This document shows positions 8,718-16,863 of a stretch of DNA of 42,607 bases, piece after piece; within the stretch, counting starts at the first letter, position 1; every line of letters begins with the position of its first letter. The DNA is from Burkholderiaceae bacterium (GTDB taxonomy: Bacteria; Pseudomonadota; Gammaproteobacteria; Burkholderiales; Burkholderiaceae_C). The position numbers and the translations under genes were made by a program. The notes beneath the pieces are model-generated. The model ran no database searches, was not told where the DNA came from, and saw only the letters and a list, made by a program, of their open reading frames with translations. The stretch is from positions 1 to 42,607 of the forward strand of contig JAFGXB010000030.1 in assembly GCA_016936875.1 (NCBI GenBank), written 5' to 3'.

Positions 8718-9781
8718 GCCCCGGGAACAGCGCCTCACGTCAGAACTGGATCGATCTCGCCAAGGGCATCGGCATCATTCTGGTCGTCTACGGCCATGTT
8801 GCCCGCGGCCTCGATGCAGCGGGGCTCTATCGTGACCAACACAGTTTCGCCCGGGTGGACAGCGTCATCTACAGCTTTCATATGCCGCTGTTTTTCTTGC
8901 TGTCCGGGCTGTATTTCCAGTCGTCGCTGAAGCACTACGGGGCGGGCGCACTGATCGGCAAGAAGGTCGATACCCTGCTCTATCCCTATGTGGTTTGGTC
9001 GCTGATTCAGGGCGGCATTGCGATCGCGTTGTCCCACTACACCAACACGCTCACCAGGATCAGCGACATCACCGCGATCCTTTGGCAGCCACTTGATCAG
9101 TTCTGGTTTCTCTACGCGCTCTTCTTCATTTTTTTGCTGTTCACCCCGGTGTTCAAGCTGGCGCATCAGGCGGCGGCGCCGTGGCTTGTCGGTTTTGTTC
9201 TGCTGGTCGCCTATATCGCCAACGTCCAGTTCGGCATTCCGGCAGTGGACTATGTGGTGGATTACGGGGTGTTCTTCGCCTGCGGCATCCTGCTTTCGCA
9301 ATACCCGGCAGCGACAGGTCTGGGGGCGCCCGGACAAGGCGCTGGCCGTCGCGCTGGCCTGGGTGCCGTGCTCCTGTTTTCTTTGGCGCAATACGCCGTT
9401 CACACCGTCTTCCATGCCGCTGATTTGCCAAGCGGTGCGGCGGGTCGTGGGGCGGGGTTTCTGGTGGCCCTGTTTTCGATCGGCTGCGTCTTGGTGCTGT
9501 CGAGGTCGCTGAGTCCAGCCGGTTTCCGTTGGCTGGCCCGTCTTGGGAAAAACTCCATGCCCATTTATCTCATGCACATTCTTTTCGCCAGCGGCACGCG
9601 CGTGATTCTGTCCAAGTTGTTTCACGTTCAGGATCTGCTGTTGCAACTCGTCGCGGGAACACTGATGGGTCTGCTGGCGCCCTTGGCGATGACGGGGGTG
9701 TTCAGGGCCTGCAAGATGACTGTTCTGCTGTACCCGCCGGCCTGTTTGCAGCAATCGCGGCAACGTGCCGTGCGGGATTGA
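8714..9781 (+). CDS. Membrane acyltransferase family 3 (O-acetylation of EPS)
   Basis: WIDLAKGIGIILVVYGH, IYSFHMPLFFLLSG, QFWFLYALF and LGKNSMPIYLMH motifs. GTG start overlaps the upstream TGA, with a GGGAGG RBS. Confidence 0.88.
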   Translation: MSPGNSASRQNWIDLAKGIGIILVVYGHVARGLDAAGLYRDQHSFARVDSVIYSFHMPLFFLLSGLYFQSSLKHYGAGALIGKKVDTLLYPYVVWSLIQGGIAIALSHYTNTLTRISDITAILWQPLDQFWFLYALFFIFLLFTPVFKLAHQAAAPWLVGFVLLVAYIANVQFGIPAVDYVVDYGVFFACGILLSQYPAATGLGAPGQGAGRRAGLGAVLLFSLAQYAVHTVFHAADLPSGAAGRGAGFLVALFSIGCVLVLSRSLSPAGFRWLARLGKNSMPIYLMHILFASGTRVILSKLFHVQDLLLQLVAGTLMGLLAPLAMTGVFRACKMTVLLYPPACLQQSRQRAVRD

Positions 9782-9794
9782 GAGGGTGTGAACG

Positions 9795-10364
9795 ATGGGA
9801 CTCAAGAATGACCCCGGATGGCAGCAGGACCTGCTGCGCCTGAACATGCGCCGCCCCTTTTTCAAGGAGCAATCCATTTGGGCGATCTGGGTGTATCGCT
9901 ATGGCCGCCAGGTGGACGCGATGCCGCACGGGCTGCGCAGGCGGATCAAGACCCGGTGGTATTGGCTGCTGTTCCGCTTTGTTGAAACCTGGACAGGCAT
10001 CAGCTTGCCGAAGGAAGCGGTGATCGGCGGCGGGCTGCGCATCTTTCACTTCGGCGGCATTTTTGTTCATCCCGGCGCCAGGATCGGAACGCACTGCACC
10101 CTGCGGCAAGGCGTGACCATCGGCAACAAGACCGAAGGCGGCGCGGTTCCCATTCTGGAGGATGATGTTGAGCTGGGCGCCTATGCGCAAGTGTTGGGCG
10201 GCGTTGTGCTGCGCGCCGGTTGTCGCGTGGGCGCGCTGTCGGTCGTGGTGCACGATGTCGACTCTGGCGTGACGGTGGCCGGGGCTCCCGCGCGGCCCCT
10301 GCATCCGCGCGCGCCGGAGTTGGTTTTGCTGCAGCGACCGTTCGGTCGGCAGACGGATTCCTGA
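9795..10364 (+). CDS. Hexapeptide-repeat O-acetyltransferase (CysE/WcaB-like)
   Basis: TGISLP...IGGGLRIFHFGGIFV...CTLRQGVTIG...VAGAPAR left-handed beta-helix motifs. Confidence 0.88.
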   Translation: MGLKNDPGWQQDLLRLNMRRPFFKEQSIWAIWVYRYGRQVDAMPHGLRRRIKTRWYWLLFRFVETWTGISLPKEAVIGGGLRIFHFGGIFVHPGARIGTHCTLRQGVTIGNKTEGGAVPILEDDVELGAYAQVLGGVVLRAGCRVGALSVVVHDVDSGVTVAGAPARPLHPRAPELVLLQRPFGRQTDS

Positions 10365-10365
10365 G

Positions 10366-11721
10366 ATGCGCGCCCCGGCCATCCCGGTTGAAACGCAACC
10401 CGCCACAGCGCAGGGGTTGATGACAGTCGCCTATTTCATCAATCAATATCCCAAGGTCAGCCACAGTTTCATCCGGCGGGAAATTCAGGCGCTGGAGCGC
10501 CAGGGTGTGTCGGTGCTGCGCGTCGCGCTGCGCGGCTGGGATGCCGAATTGGTGGATGCGGCCGACCTCGCCGAGCGGGAGCGCACGCGCTATGTCTTGC
10601 GACAGGGGCTGCGCGGCTTGCTGGGGCCGGTACTCGGCACAGCGCTGCGCTACCCCCTGCGCATGCTGCGGGCGATGCTCTGGGCCGCGCGTCTGGCGCG
10701 GCTCAACGAACGCGGCCTTGCCTATCACTGGATCTATCTCGCCGAGGCTTGCCAGCTCGTGCATTGGGTGCAGGTGGCAGGCGCGGTTCATCTGCATGCG
10801 CATTTCGGCACCAATTCGGCGGAGGTCGTGCTGTTGGCGCGGCTGCTGGGCGGGCCGCCGTTCAGTTTCACGGTGCATGGGCCGGAGGAGTTCGACAAGC
10901 CGCTGGGCATTCATCTGCGCGAAAAAATCGAACACAGCGCCTTCGTGGTGGCGATCAGCTCGTTTTGTCGAAGCCAGTTGTATCGCTGGGTCGGCTCGGC
11001 GCATTGGGGCAAAGTGCAGGTGGTGCGCTGTGGTATCGAGCCCGATTTTCACAGTGGCGTCGAGATGCAATGCAACGCCAACAGGCGCTTGGTCTGCGTT
11101 GGCCGCTTGAGCGAGCAGAAAGGCCACCTGTTGCTGATCGAGGCGGCTGCCTTGCTGGCGGCGGCCGGGGAGGCGTTCACGCTGACCCTGGCGGGCGACG
11201 GTGAACTGCGCCCGCAGATCGAGGCCGCCATTGCCAGCAGCGGCCTGGGCGACCGCGTTGTGATTACCGGCTGGATTGACAGTGCGGAGGTTCGTGAGCA
11301 GCTTCTTGGCGCGCGGGCTCTGGTGTTGTCGAGTTTCGCCGAAGGGTTGCCTGTGGTCGTGATGGAAGCCATGGCCTTGGGGCGTCCAGTGGTTGCGACA
11401 CAAATTGCCGCAATGGCCGAACTGGTGGAAGAAGGCCGCAGTGGCTGGCTCTGCCCGGCGGGAGACGCAGCGGCGCTGGCGGCTGCCCTGCAGCGTTGCC
11501 TGCACGCCGACGCGGAGCAACTCACGGCCATGGGCGCGCATGCCCGTGCGGTCGTGCTGTCCCGGCATGACGTTGACACGGAGGCGCAACACCTCGCGCG
11601 CCTATTCCAGGGCGCGGCCGATCGGGCGTGCGCAAGCGCCACTAGCGCCTCGCACGGCGGCGCCGAAGACGCACGCAGCGCCCTCGGTGAGTCGCACGCA
11701 GCGCGCAGGGGCGCCCAGTGA
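10366..11721 (+). CDS. Glycosyltransferase family 4 (alternative start ATG 10420)
   Basis: AYFINQYPKVSHSFIRRE, HLHAHFG, FTVHGPEEF, VGRLSEQKG and SFAEGLPVVVMEAMA (EX7E) motifs. Confidence 0.92.
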   Translation: MRAPAIPVETQPATAQGLMTVAYFINQYPKVSHSFIRREIQALERQGVSVLRVALRGWDAELVDAADLAERERTRYVLRQGLRGLLGPVLGTALRYPLRMLRAMLWAARLARLNERGLAYHWIYLAEACQLVHWVQVAGAVHLHAHFGTNSAEVVLLARLLGGPPFSFTVHGPEEFDKPLGIHLREKIEHSAFVVAISSFCRSQLYRWVGSAHWGKVQVVRCGIEPDFHSGVEMQCNANRRLVCVGRLSEQKGHLLLIEAAALLAAAGEAFTLTLAGDGELRPQIEAAIASSGLGDRVVITGWIDSAEVREQLLGARALVLSSFAEGLPVVVMEAMALGRPVVATQIAAMAELVEEGRSGWLCPAGDAAALAAALQRCLHADAEQLTAMGAHARAVVLSRHDVDTEAQHLARLFQGAADRACASATSASHGGAEDARSALGESHAARRGAQ

Positions 11722-12908
11722 GCGCGCTGCTGTACGGCCTTTTGCTGCTCGCGTGTAGTGCGCTGGCGCTGCCAGTGGGGCTGCTGTTGTTGCAGGTCTT
11801 GGGCGCGTGGCTGCCCAGGCGGACAGCGCCGCTCTGTTCAGATGGAGCAGGGTGCGTGGCCGTGCTGATGCCCGCGCACGACGAAGCCCTGAACATTCGC
11901 GAAGCGGTGCAGAGTGTGCGTCTTGATTTGCGGCCGCAGGACCGCTTGCTGGTGGTGGCCGATAACTGCGGTGATGACACCGCCGCCCTTGCGCGCGCGG
12001 CGGGCGCAGAAGTGATCGAGCGCCACGACGCGCTGCGCCGCGGCAAGGGATACGCGCTGGATTTTGGCATGCGGCATCTGGCGCTGAACCCGCCCGATGT
12101 TGTGGTCATCGTGGATGCGGATTGCTCGGTGCGGCCAGGGTCCATCGCCTGCGTTGCCGCCGTGGCCTTGCGGGTCGGCGCCCCTGCCCAAGCGCATTAC
12201 CGCATGGAACTGCCGCCAGATGCCGGGCTGAAAATCAAGATCGCCGCCTTCGCCTGGCGCGTCAAAAACCTGGTTCGTCCGCTGGGCTATCGCCGCCTGG
12301 GTTTGCCTTGTCAGCTCATGGGCAGCGGCATGGCGTTTCCGTGGAACCTGATCGCGCAGGCCGACCTGGCCGACGGGCACCTTGTCGAAGACCTCAAACT
12401 CGGCCTTGAGTTTGCCCGCAAGCGCACCGCGCCCAGGTTTGTGCCGGAAGCTGAAGTGCGCAGCGTCTTTCCCGCCAGCGCGGCCGGCGTGGCGACGCAG
12501 CGCCGACGCTGGGAACATGGCCATCTGGGCATGTTGGTCGATGTGGCGCCGCGCCTGCTCTGGCAGGGCCTGCGTAGCGCCAACGTCGGCCTGCTGGCTC
12601 TGGCGGTCGATCTGTGCATTCCGCCCCTTGCCCTGTTGGCCTTGCTGTTGACGGCGGCAGTCACAACGTCCACTCTCGCCTGGTGGCTTTTGCACTGGAC
12701 TGCGCCAGCCCTGATGGCCTGGGCATCCTGCGCGGCGTTCGTTTTGGCCGTTCTGGGGGCATGGGCGCGATTTGGCCGCGACATGCTGCGTGTCACCGAG
12801 ATGGCAGGCATCCCGCTCTATGTGCTCTGGAAGGTGCCGGTCTATCTCCGCTTCGCACTGCGGCGCGAACGCAACTGGGTGCGCTCAGCCAGAGAGGGCG
12901 AAAAATGA
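11718..12908 (+). CDS. Glycosyltransferase family 2 (membrane-associated)
   Basis: VLMPAHDE, VADNC, GKGYAL, DAD, VED and QRRRW motifs. GTG start overlaps the upstream TGA. Confidence 0.92.
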   Translation: MSALLYGLLLLACSALALPVGLLLLQVLGAWLPRRTAPLCSDGAGCVAVLMPAHDEALNIREAVQSVRLDLRPQDRLLVVADNCGDDTAALARAAGAEVIERHDALRRGKGYALDFGMRHLALNPPDVVVIVDADCSVRPGSIACVAAVALRVGAPAQAHYRMELPPDAGLKIKIAAFAWRVKNLVRPLGYRRLGLPCQLMGSGMAFPWNLIAQADLADGHLVEDLKLGLEFARKRTAPRFVPEAEVRSVFPASAAGVATQRRRWEHGHLGMLVDVAPRLLWQGLRSANVGLLALAVDLCIPPLALLALLLTAAVTTSTLAWWLLHWTAPALMAWASCAAFVLAVLGAWARFGRDMLRVTEMAGIPLYVLWKVPVYLRFALRRERNWVRSAREGEK

Positions 12909-13714
12909 CCCCTCAGCCTCCAGGTCACCAGACGGCAGGCGCGGGCGAGAATGTGCTGCATCTGTTTGGCCTGCCCCTGCAAAACACGACCCTGGCCTTG
13001 GCTGCCGACATGTTGCTTCGGGCCGCAGCACAGGGGCAGCGCCGCAACGTCTATTTCGTCAACGCGCATTGCGTCAACCTCGCCGCCGCCAATGCGGATT
13101 ATGACGAAACCCTGCGCGCCGCGGATCTGTTGTTTGCCGATGGCATCGGCATGCGGATTGCCGCCCGCGTGGCGGGCGACCGCGTGCGAGACAACGTCAA
13201 TGGCACCGACTTGTTTCCCCTGCTGTGCGCCGGGGCGGCGCAGGCCGGGCTGGCGCTGGCGTTCATTGGCGGCAAGCCGGGGGTTGCGCAGGCTTGCGCG
13301 CGCAATATGGGCATCGCGCATCCAGGGTTAAAAGTCGCCTACGTTCAAGACGGATACTTTCCCGCCGCGCAGACCGACGCCGTGCTCCACGCGCTGCGCC
13401 AGTCGCAGGCACAACTGGTTTTCGTCGCCATGGGGGTGCCCCGACAAGAACAATTCATCCGCCGACATGCCGAGGCACTGGGCGACACGGTGCGACTGGG
13501 AGTCGGCGCTCTGTTCGACTTTTACTCGGGGACGATTCCCAGAGCACCAAGAGTGTTGCGACGGCTGGGCTTGGAATGGTTGTTTCGCCTGCTGATCGAG
13601 CCGCGCCGCCTTTTCGTCCGCTATGTGCTGGGCAATCCGCAGTTCCTCGCCCGCGTGCTGTGGCGCCGGTTGCGCAAGCACGCGGCCTTGACCCACGAGC
13701 CACTCTCCGGCTGA
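12905..13714 (+). CDS. WecB/TagA/CpsF family glycosyltransferase (GT26)
   Basis: FVNAHCVN, ADGIG, NGTDLFP, AMGVPRQE, GVGALFDF and GLEWLFRLLIEPRRL...RY motifs. ATGA overlap start at 12905. Confidence 0.92.
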   Translation: MTPQPPGHQTAGAGENVLHLFGLPLQNTTLALAADMLLRAAAQGQRRNVYFVNAHCVNLAAANADYDETLRAADLLFADGIGMRIAARVAGDRVRDNVNGTDLFPLLCAGAAQAGLALAFIGGKPGVAQACARNMGIAHPGLKVAYVQDGYFPAAQTDAVLHALRQSQAQLVFVAMGVPRQEQFIRRHAEALGDTVRLGVGALFDFYSGTIPRAPRVLRRLGLEWLFRLLIEPRRLFVRYVLGNPQFLARVLWRRLRKHAALTHEPLSG

Positions 13715-13763
13715 TTGAGCGGCGCATTTTTGGTGAGAAATATGCAATGGCGCCGCCGTTAAA

Positions 13764-13886
13764 TGCATAAATTTGGTGCATCTGTAGAAAAAATGCAGGC
13801 ATTTCTGCCAAATGATGTAGGAATTTCCCTAGCGCAAAACCATCCTCTGCCTACGCTGACCAGCGCGTTCCGGCTTGTAACATGCG
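13764..13886 (+). promoter_or_regulatory. Candidate enhancer-type palindrome(s) and sigma-54 promoter upstream of the lipoprotein gene
   Basis: TGCATAAATTTGGTGCA (13764-13780) resembles the NtrC-type TGCACCA-N3-TGGTGCA. TAGGAATTTCCCTA lies at 13818-13831. CGGCTTGTAACATGCG (13871-13886) has GG-N10-GC spacing. Confidence 0.35.
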
Positions 13887-13993
13887 GCACTTCTGAAGTC
13901 GTTTCAACCGGACGTGTTGCACGGACTGCGATGGTCGCTGCGCTGATGAACGCAGCGAGGTGGTCATTCGGCGCGCGCCCCGAAGGATTTGTC

Positions 13994-15154
13994 ATGCGCC
14001 ATGTTTTGAGTGTTTCTGCCGCCGTCCTCCTGGTCTCCGCCCTGGGCGGCTGTGGCGGCGGAGGGGGTGCCAGCCAGATTGCCGCATCCCCAAGTGGCAA
14101 CGATGCAACCGCCGCCACGGCGACGACGAGCAGTGGCAATGACACGCGCGCTGCGCCTTTGCTCTCGGCGGCGGCGACGTCGGTTTCTCTGTACCGGGTG
14201 TTTTCTCCGCAGAGCTTCTGGTACCAGCCGATTCCGGCCAGCGCACCACTGAACCCGAATTCTGCGGCCTACACCCAGAACCTGGTCAATCAGATCAAGA
14301 CTTACTACAACAACGTCAACCTCAACACCACCAGTTACGCCGCCTCGGTCTATTTTGTGCGGACGCAAGGCGGCTCGAATACCGTGACCTGGGATAACGG
14401 AACGCCGGTCTATCCGGTTGCCAAAACCGTGAACGTCGGCTTCAACGATTGCCAGGAAAAGGGCTGGACCGACCCGAAATTGATTGCGCAATGGCAGAAC
14501 GTTCCGATTCCGGTGGGTGCGAAGCCCGCGAGCGGGACCGACAGCGAAATGTCCATCTACGACCTCAGCACCCAGACCCTGTGGGACTTCTGGGTGATGA
14601 GCCAGGCCAACGGCCAATGGCAGGCCTGCTGGGGCGGGCGGATTCAGAACACGCCGCAGAACGCGGGCATTTTCCCCAATCCCTACGGCACCACGGCGAC
14701 CGGGCTGCCCTTCATTGGCGGTGAAATCTCCGCGGAAGAGCTGGCCAAAGGACAGATTGATCACGTCATGGGAATCTCGCTGGTCAATGCGGCGTCCTGG
14801 AATGTGTTTTCCTGGCCGGCCAACCGCTCCGATGGCTACAACCCGACAAACGCACCCAACCAAATCCCCGAAGGCACGCGCTTGCGGCTCGATCCCAGTG
14901 TGAACGTTGACGCGCTCAACCTCACCCCAGTCGGCCGCATGATTGCCAAAGCGGCGCAGACCTATGGTTTTGTCATCTGGGACAAGGCCGGTTCGGTGTC
15001 CCTGCGCATGGTCAATCCCAACACCTACATGCTCGCAGGCAAGTCCGACCCCTATCCTGCGCTGTTCGGCGGCATGCCCTCCTGGCAAGTGTTGCAGAAC
15101 TTCCCGTGGGACAAAATGCAGTTCATGCCGAATAACTACGGCAAGCCGAACTGA
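13994..15154 (+). CDS. Uncharacterised lipoprotein (lipobox LGGC, Gly/Ala/Thr linker, Trp/Pro/Asn-rich globular domain)
   Basis: GAAGGA RBS before ATG 13994, followed by MRHVLSVSAAVLLVSALGG-C. Coherent codon usage to TGA 15154. Confidence 0.8.
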   Translation: MRHVLSVSAAVLLVSALGGCGGGGGASQIAASPSGNDATAATATTSSGNDTRAAPLLSAAATSVSLYRVFSPQSFWYQPIPASAPLNPNSAAYTQNLVNQIKTYYNNVNLNTTSYAASVYFVRTQGGSNTVTWDNGTPVYPVAKTVNVGFNDCQEKGWTDPKLIAQWQNVPIPVGAKPASGTDSEMSIYDLSTQTLWDFWVMSQANGQWQACWGGRIQNTPQNAGIFPNPYGTTATGLPFIGGEISAEELAKGQIDHVMGISLVNAASWNVFSWPANRSDGYNPTNAPNQIPEGTRLRLDPSVNVDALNLTPVGRMIAKAAQTYGFVIWDKAGSVSLRMVNPNTYMLAGKSDPYPALFGGMPSWQVLQNFPWDKMQFMPNNYGKPN

Positions 15155-15276
15155 GAGCTTGAGGCCTGCCCCTTCATTCCGCGCATACGCCCAGTTCGCA
15201 GCCAACTCCAGGGCGGTGCGGTACGCTGCGGTGCGAGGCGCGGTGTTCCGGCATGGCTTGTGCTTATGGTTGGTGC

Positions 15277-15957
15277 ATGGGGATCGCGTTGTTCTGGGTG
15301 CATGTGACAGATTTGGGCGATAGCGCTGTACTGCTGCCGCTCGCCTTGGTGATCCTCTTCTGGCTGGGGTTGCAGTCTGTGCGGGCCGCAACCTTTTGGG
15401 CGGCGCTGTTCTGCCTGGACGGGGCGATGGTGGCCCTGAGCAAAATTCTCTACATGGGCTGGGGGCTGCATCCGGCGGGCTGGAATTTCACGGGCTTGAG
15501 CGGGCAGAGCGTCGTGCCCATGCTGGTCTGGCCGACCCTCGGGCGCTTGCTCGCCGCCGGGCGTTCTGCGGTCTGGCGCTGCTTGCTGCCGACTTTCGGC
15601 GCGCTGCTTGCCGCGGCCATTGTGATCTCGCGACTGACAACCGACGCGCACACACCGATCGAAGCCGCATTGGGTGCGCTCTGGGGCGGGACGCTGGCCG
15701 TGCTGGCGTTGTGGCGGCTACCGCGCGAGCGCATCGGCGGCGGCAGGCCGGGCTGGTTTCTTCCGGTTGCGATTCTTCTGCCGCTCGCGTTGAGCTATGG
15801 GCAGATCTTTCCCTCAAATCCCTTGCTCCAGACCATTGCCTGCCAACTCAGCGGTCGAGACAAGCCGTATACCCGCGCCGACCTGCTTCAGTCGTTGGCT
15901 GAATGCCCAGCGGCAGCGGGGCGGGGCAAGGCTACGCCGCTTCGTCCACCGGGCTGA
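15277..15957 (+). CDS. PAP2-superfamily membrane protein (start could be 15253)
   Basis: TDLGDSAVLLP, SKILYMGWG, FTGLSGQ and SRLTTDAHTPIE (SRxxxxxH) motifs, several TM segments. Confidence 0.7.
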   Translation: MGIALFWVHVTDLGDSAVLLPLALVILFWLGLQSVRAATFWAALFCLDGAMVALSKILYMGWGLHPAGWNFTGLSGQSVVPMLVWPTLGRLLAAGRSAVWRCLLPTFGALLAAAIVISRLTTDAHTPIEAALGALWGGTLAVLALWRLPRERIGGGRPGWFLPVAILLPLALSYGQIFPSNPLLQTIACQLSGRDKPYTRADLLQSLAECPAAAGRGKATPLRPPG

Positions 15958-16855
15958 CGCGTACCACCACGTCCAGCGTGTGCTCGCCGCCGCCGCGGAT
16001 GATGCCGCGTAGCGGGGAGACATCGGCGAAGTCGCGGCCCAGGGCGATGCGCACATAGTCGGCGGCGGGCTGGCGGTTGTTGGTGGGGTCGAATTCCACC
16101 CAGCCGTTGACCGGGCACCACACTGACACCCAGGCGTGCGAGGCGTCGGCGCCCACGAGTTGTTCTTCGCCGGGATTGGGGTGTGAGCGCAGGTAGCCGC
16201 TGACATAGCGCGCCGCCAGACCCAGGCCGCGCAGCGCGGAAATCATCACATGCGCGTAGTCCTGGCAGACGCCGGCGCGCAGTTCGAGTGCCTGCGGGGC
16301 GCGGGTGTGAACCTCGGTGCTTTCGGGGTTGTAGGTGAAGTCGGCGTGGATGCGCCGCATCAGGTCGAGCGCACCGCTGAGCACGGGTTCTCCGGCGGGA
16401 AAGCTCGTTTGGGCATAGGCGGTGGCGGCGGCAAACAGGGGGGAGAAGTGGGTGCCGAAGGTGTATTCGGCCTCGGCCACATAGGGCTTGCCTGCGCGGT
16501 AGAACAGGCGTTCGCGCACGCTTTCCCATGCCGGGCTGGCCGCCCAGTCGGGAGTCTGCGGGGCGCGTACCCGCACCAGGCTGACGGCGCGCACGGTCAG
16601 GGTGTCATGCGGGCTGTAGTAGGCGAAGAACTCGCGCCGGTTGCCGAACACGTCGATGTCGCTGCGACGATGTCCGGGTTCGGGCTGGATGTCGCAGGCG
16701 TAGTCGATGCGTTCTTGCTCCGCCTGATTGAGCGGGCAGAGGGACGCCAGGTGGTGGGCCAACTCCACCGAGGTGGCGTAGGTGTAGGCGGTTTCGTGCA
16801 CCACGCGGTAGAGCGTCTCGTCCGTGGTGGCGGATACCGGAAGGGTGTGGTTCAT
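15932..16855 (-). CDS. Transglutaminase-like cysteine protease family protein (Bact_transglu_N + core)
   Basis: YRVVHETAYTY N-domain. Catalytic triad GVCQDYAH / SHAWVSV / EFDPTN is intact. Start ATG 16855. Confidence 0.92.
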   Translation of the reverse strand: MNHTLPVSATTDETLYRVVHETAYTYATSVELAHHLASLCPLNQAEQERIDYACDIQPEPGHRRSDIDVFGNRREFFAYYSPHDTLTVRAVSLVRVRAPQTPDWAASPAWESVRERLFYRAGKPYVAEAEYTFGTHFSPLFAAATAYAQTSFPAGEPVLSGALDLMRRIHADFTYNPESTEVHTRAPQALELRAGVCQDYAHVMISALRGLGLAARYVSGYLRSHPNPGEEQLVGADASHAWVSVWCPVNGWVEFDPTNNRQPAADYVRIALGRDFADVSPLRGIIRGGGEHTLDVVVRVSPVDEAA

Positions 16856-16863
16856 GACGGTGT

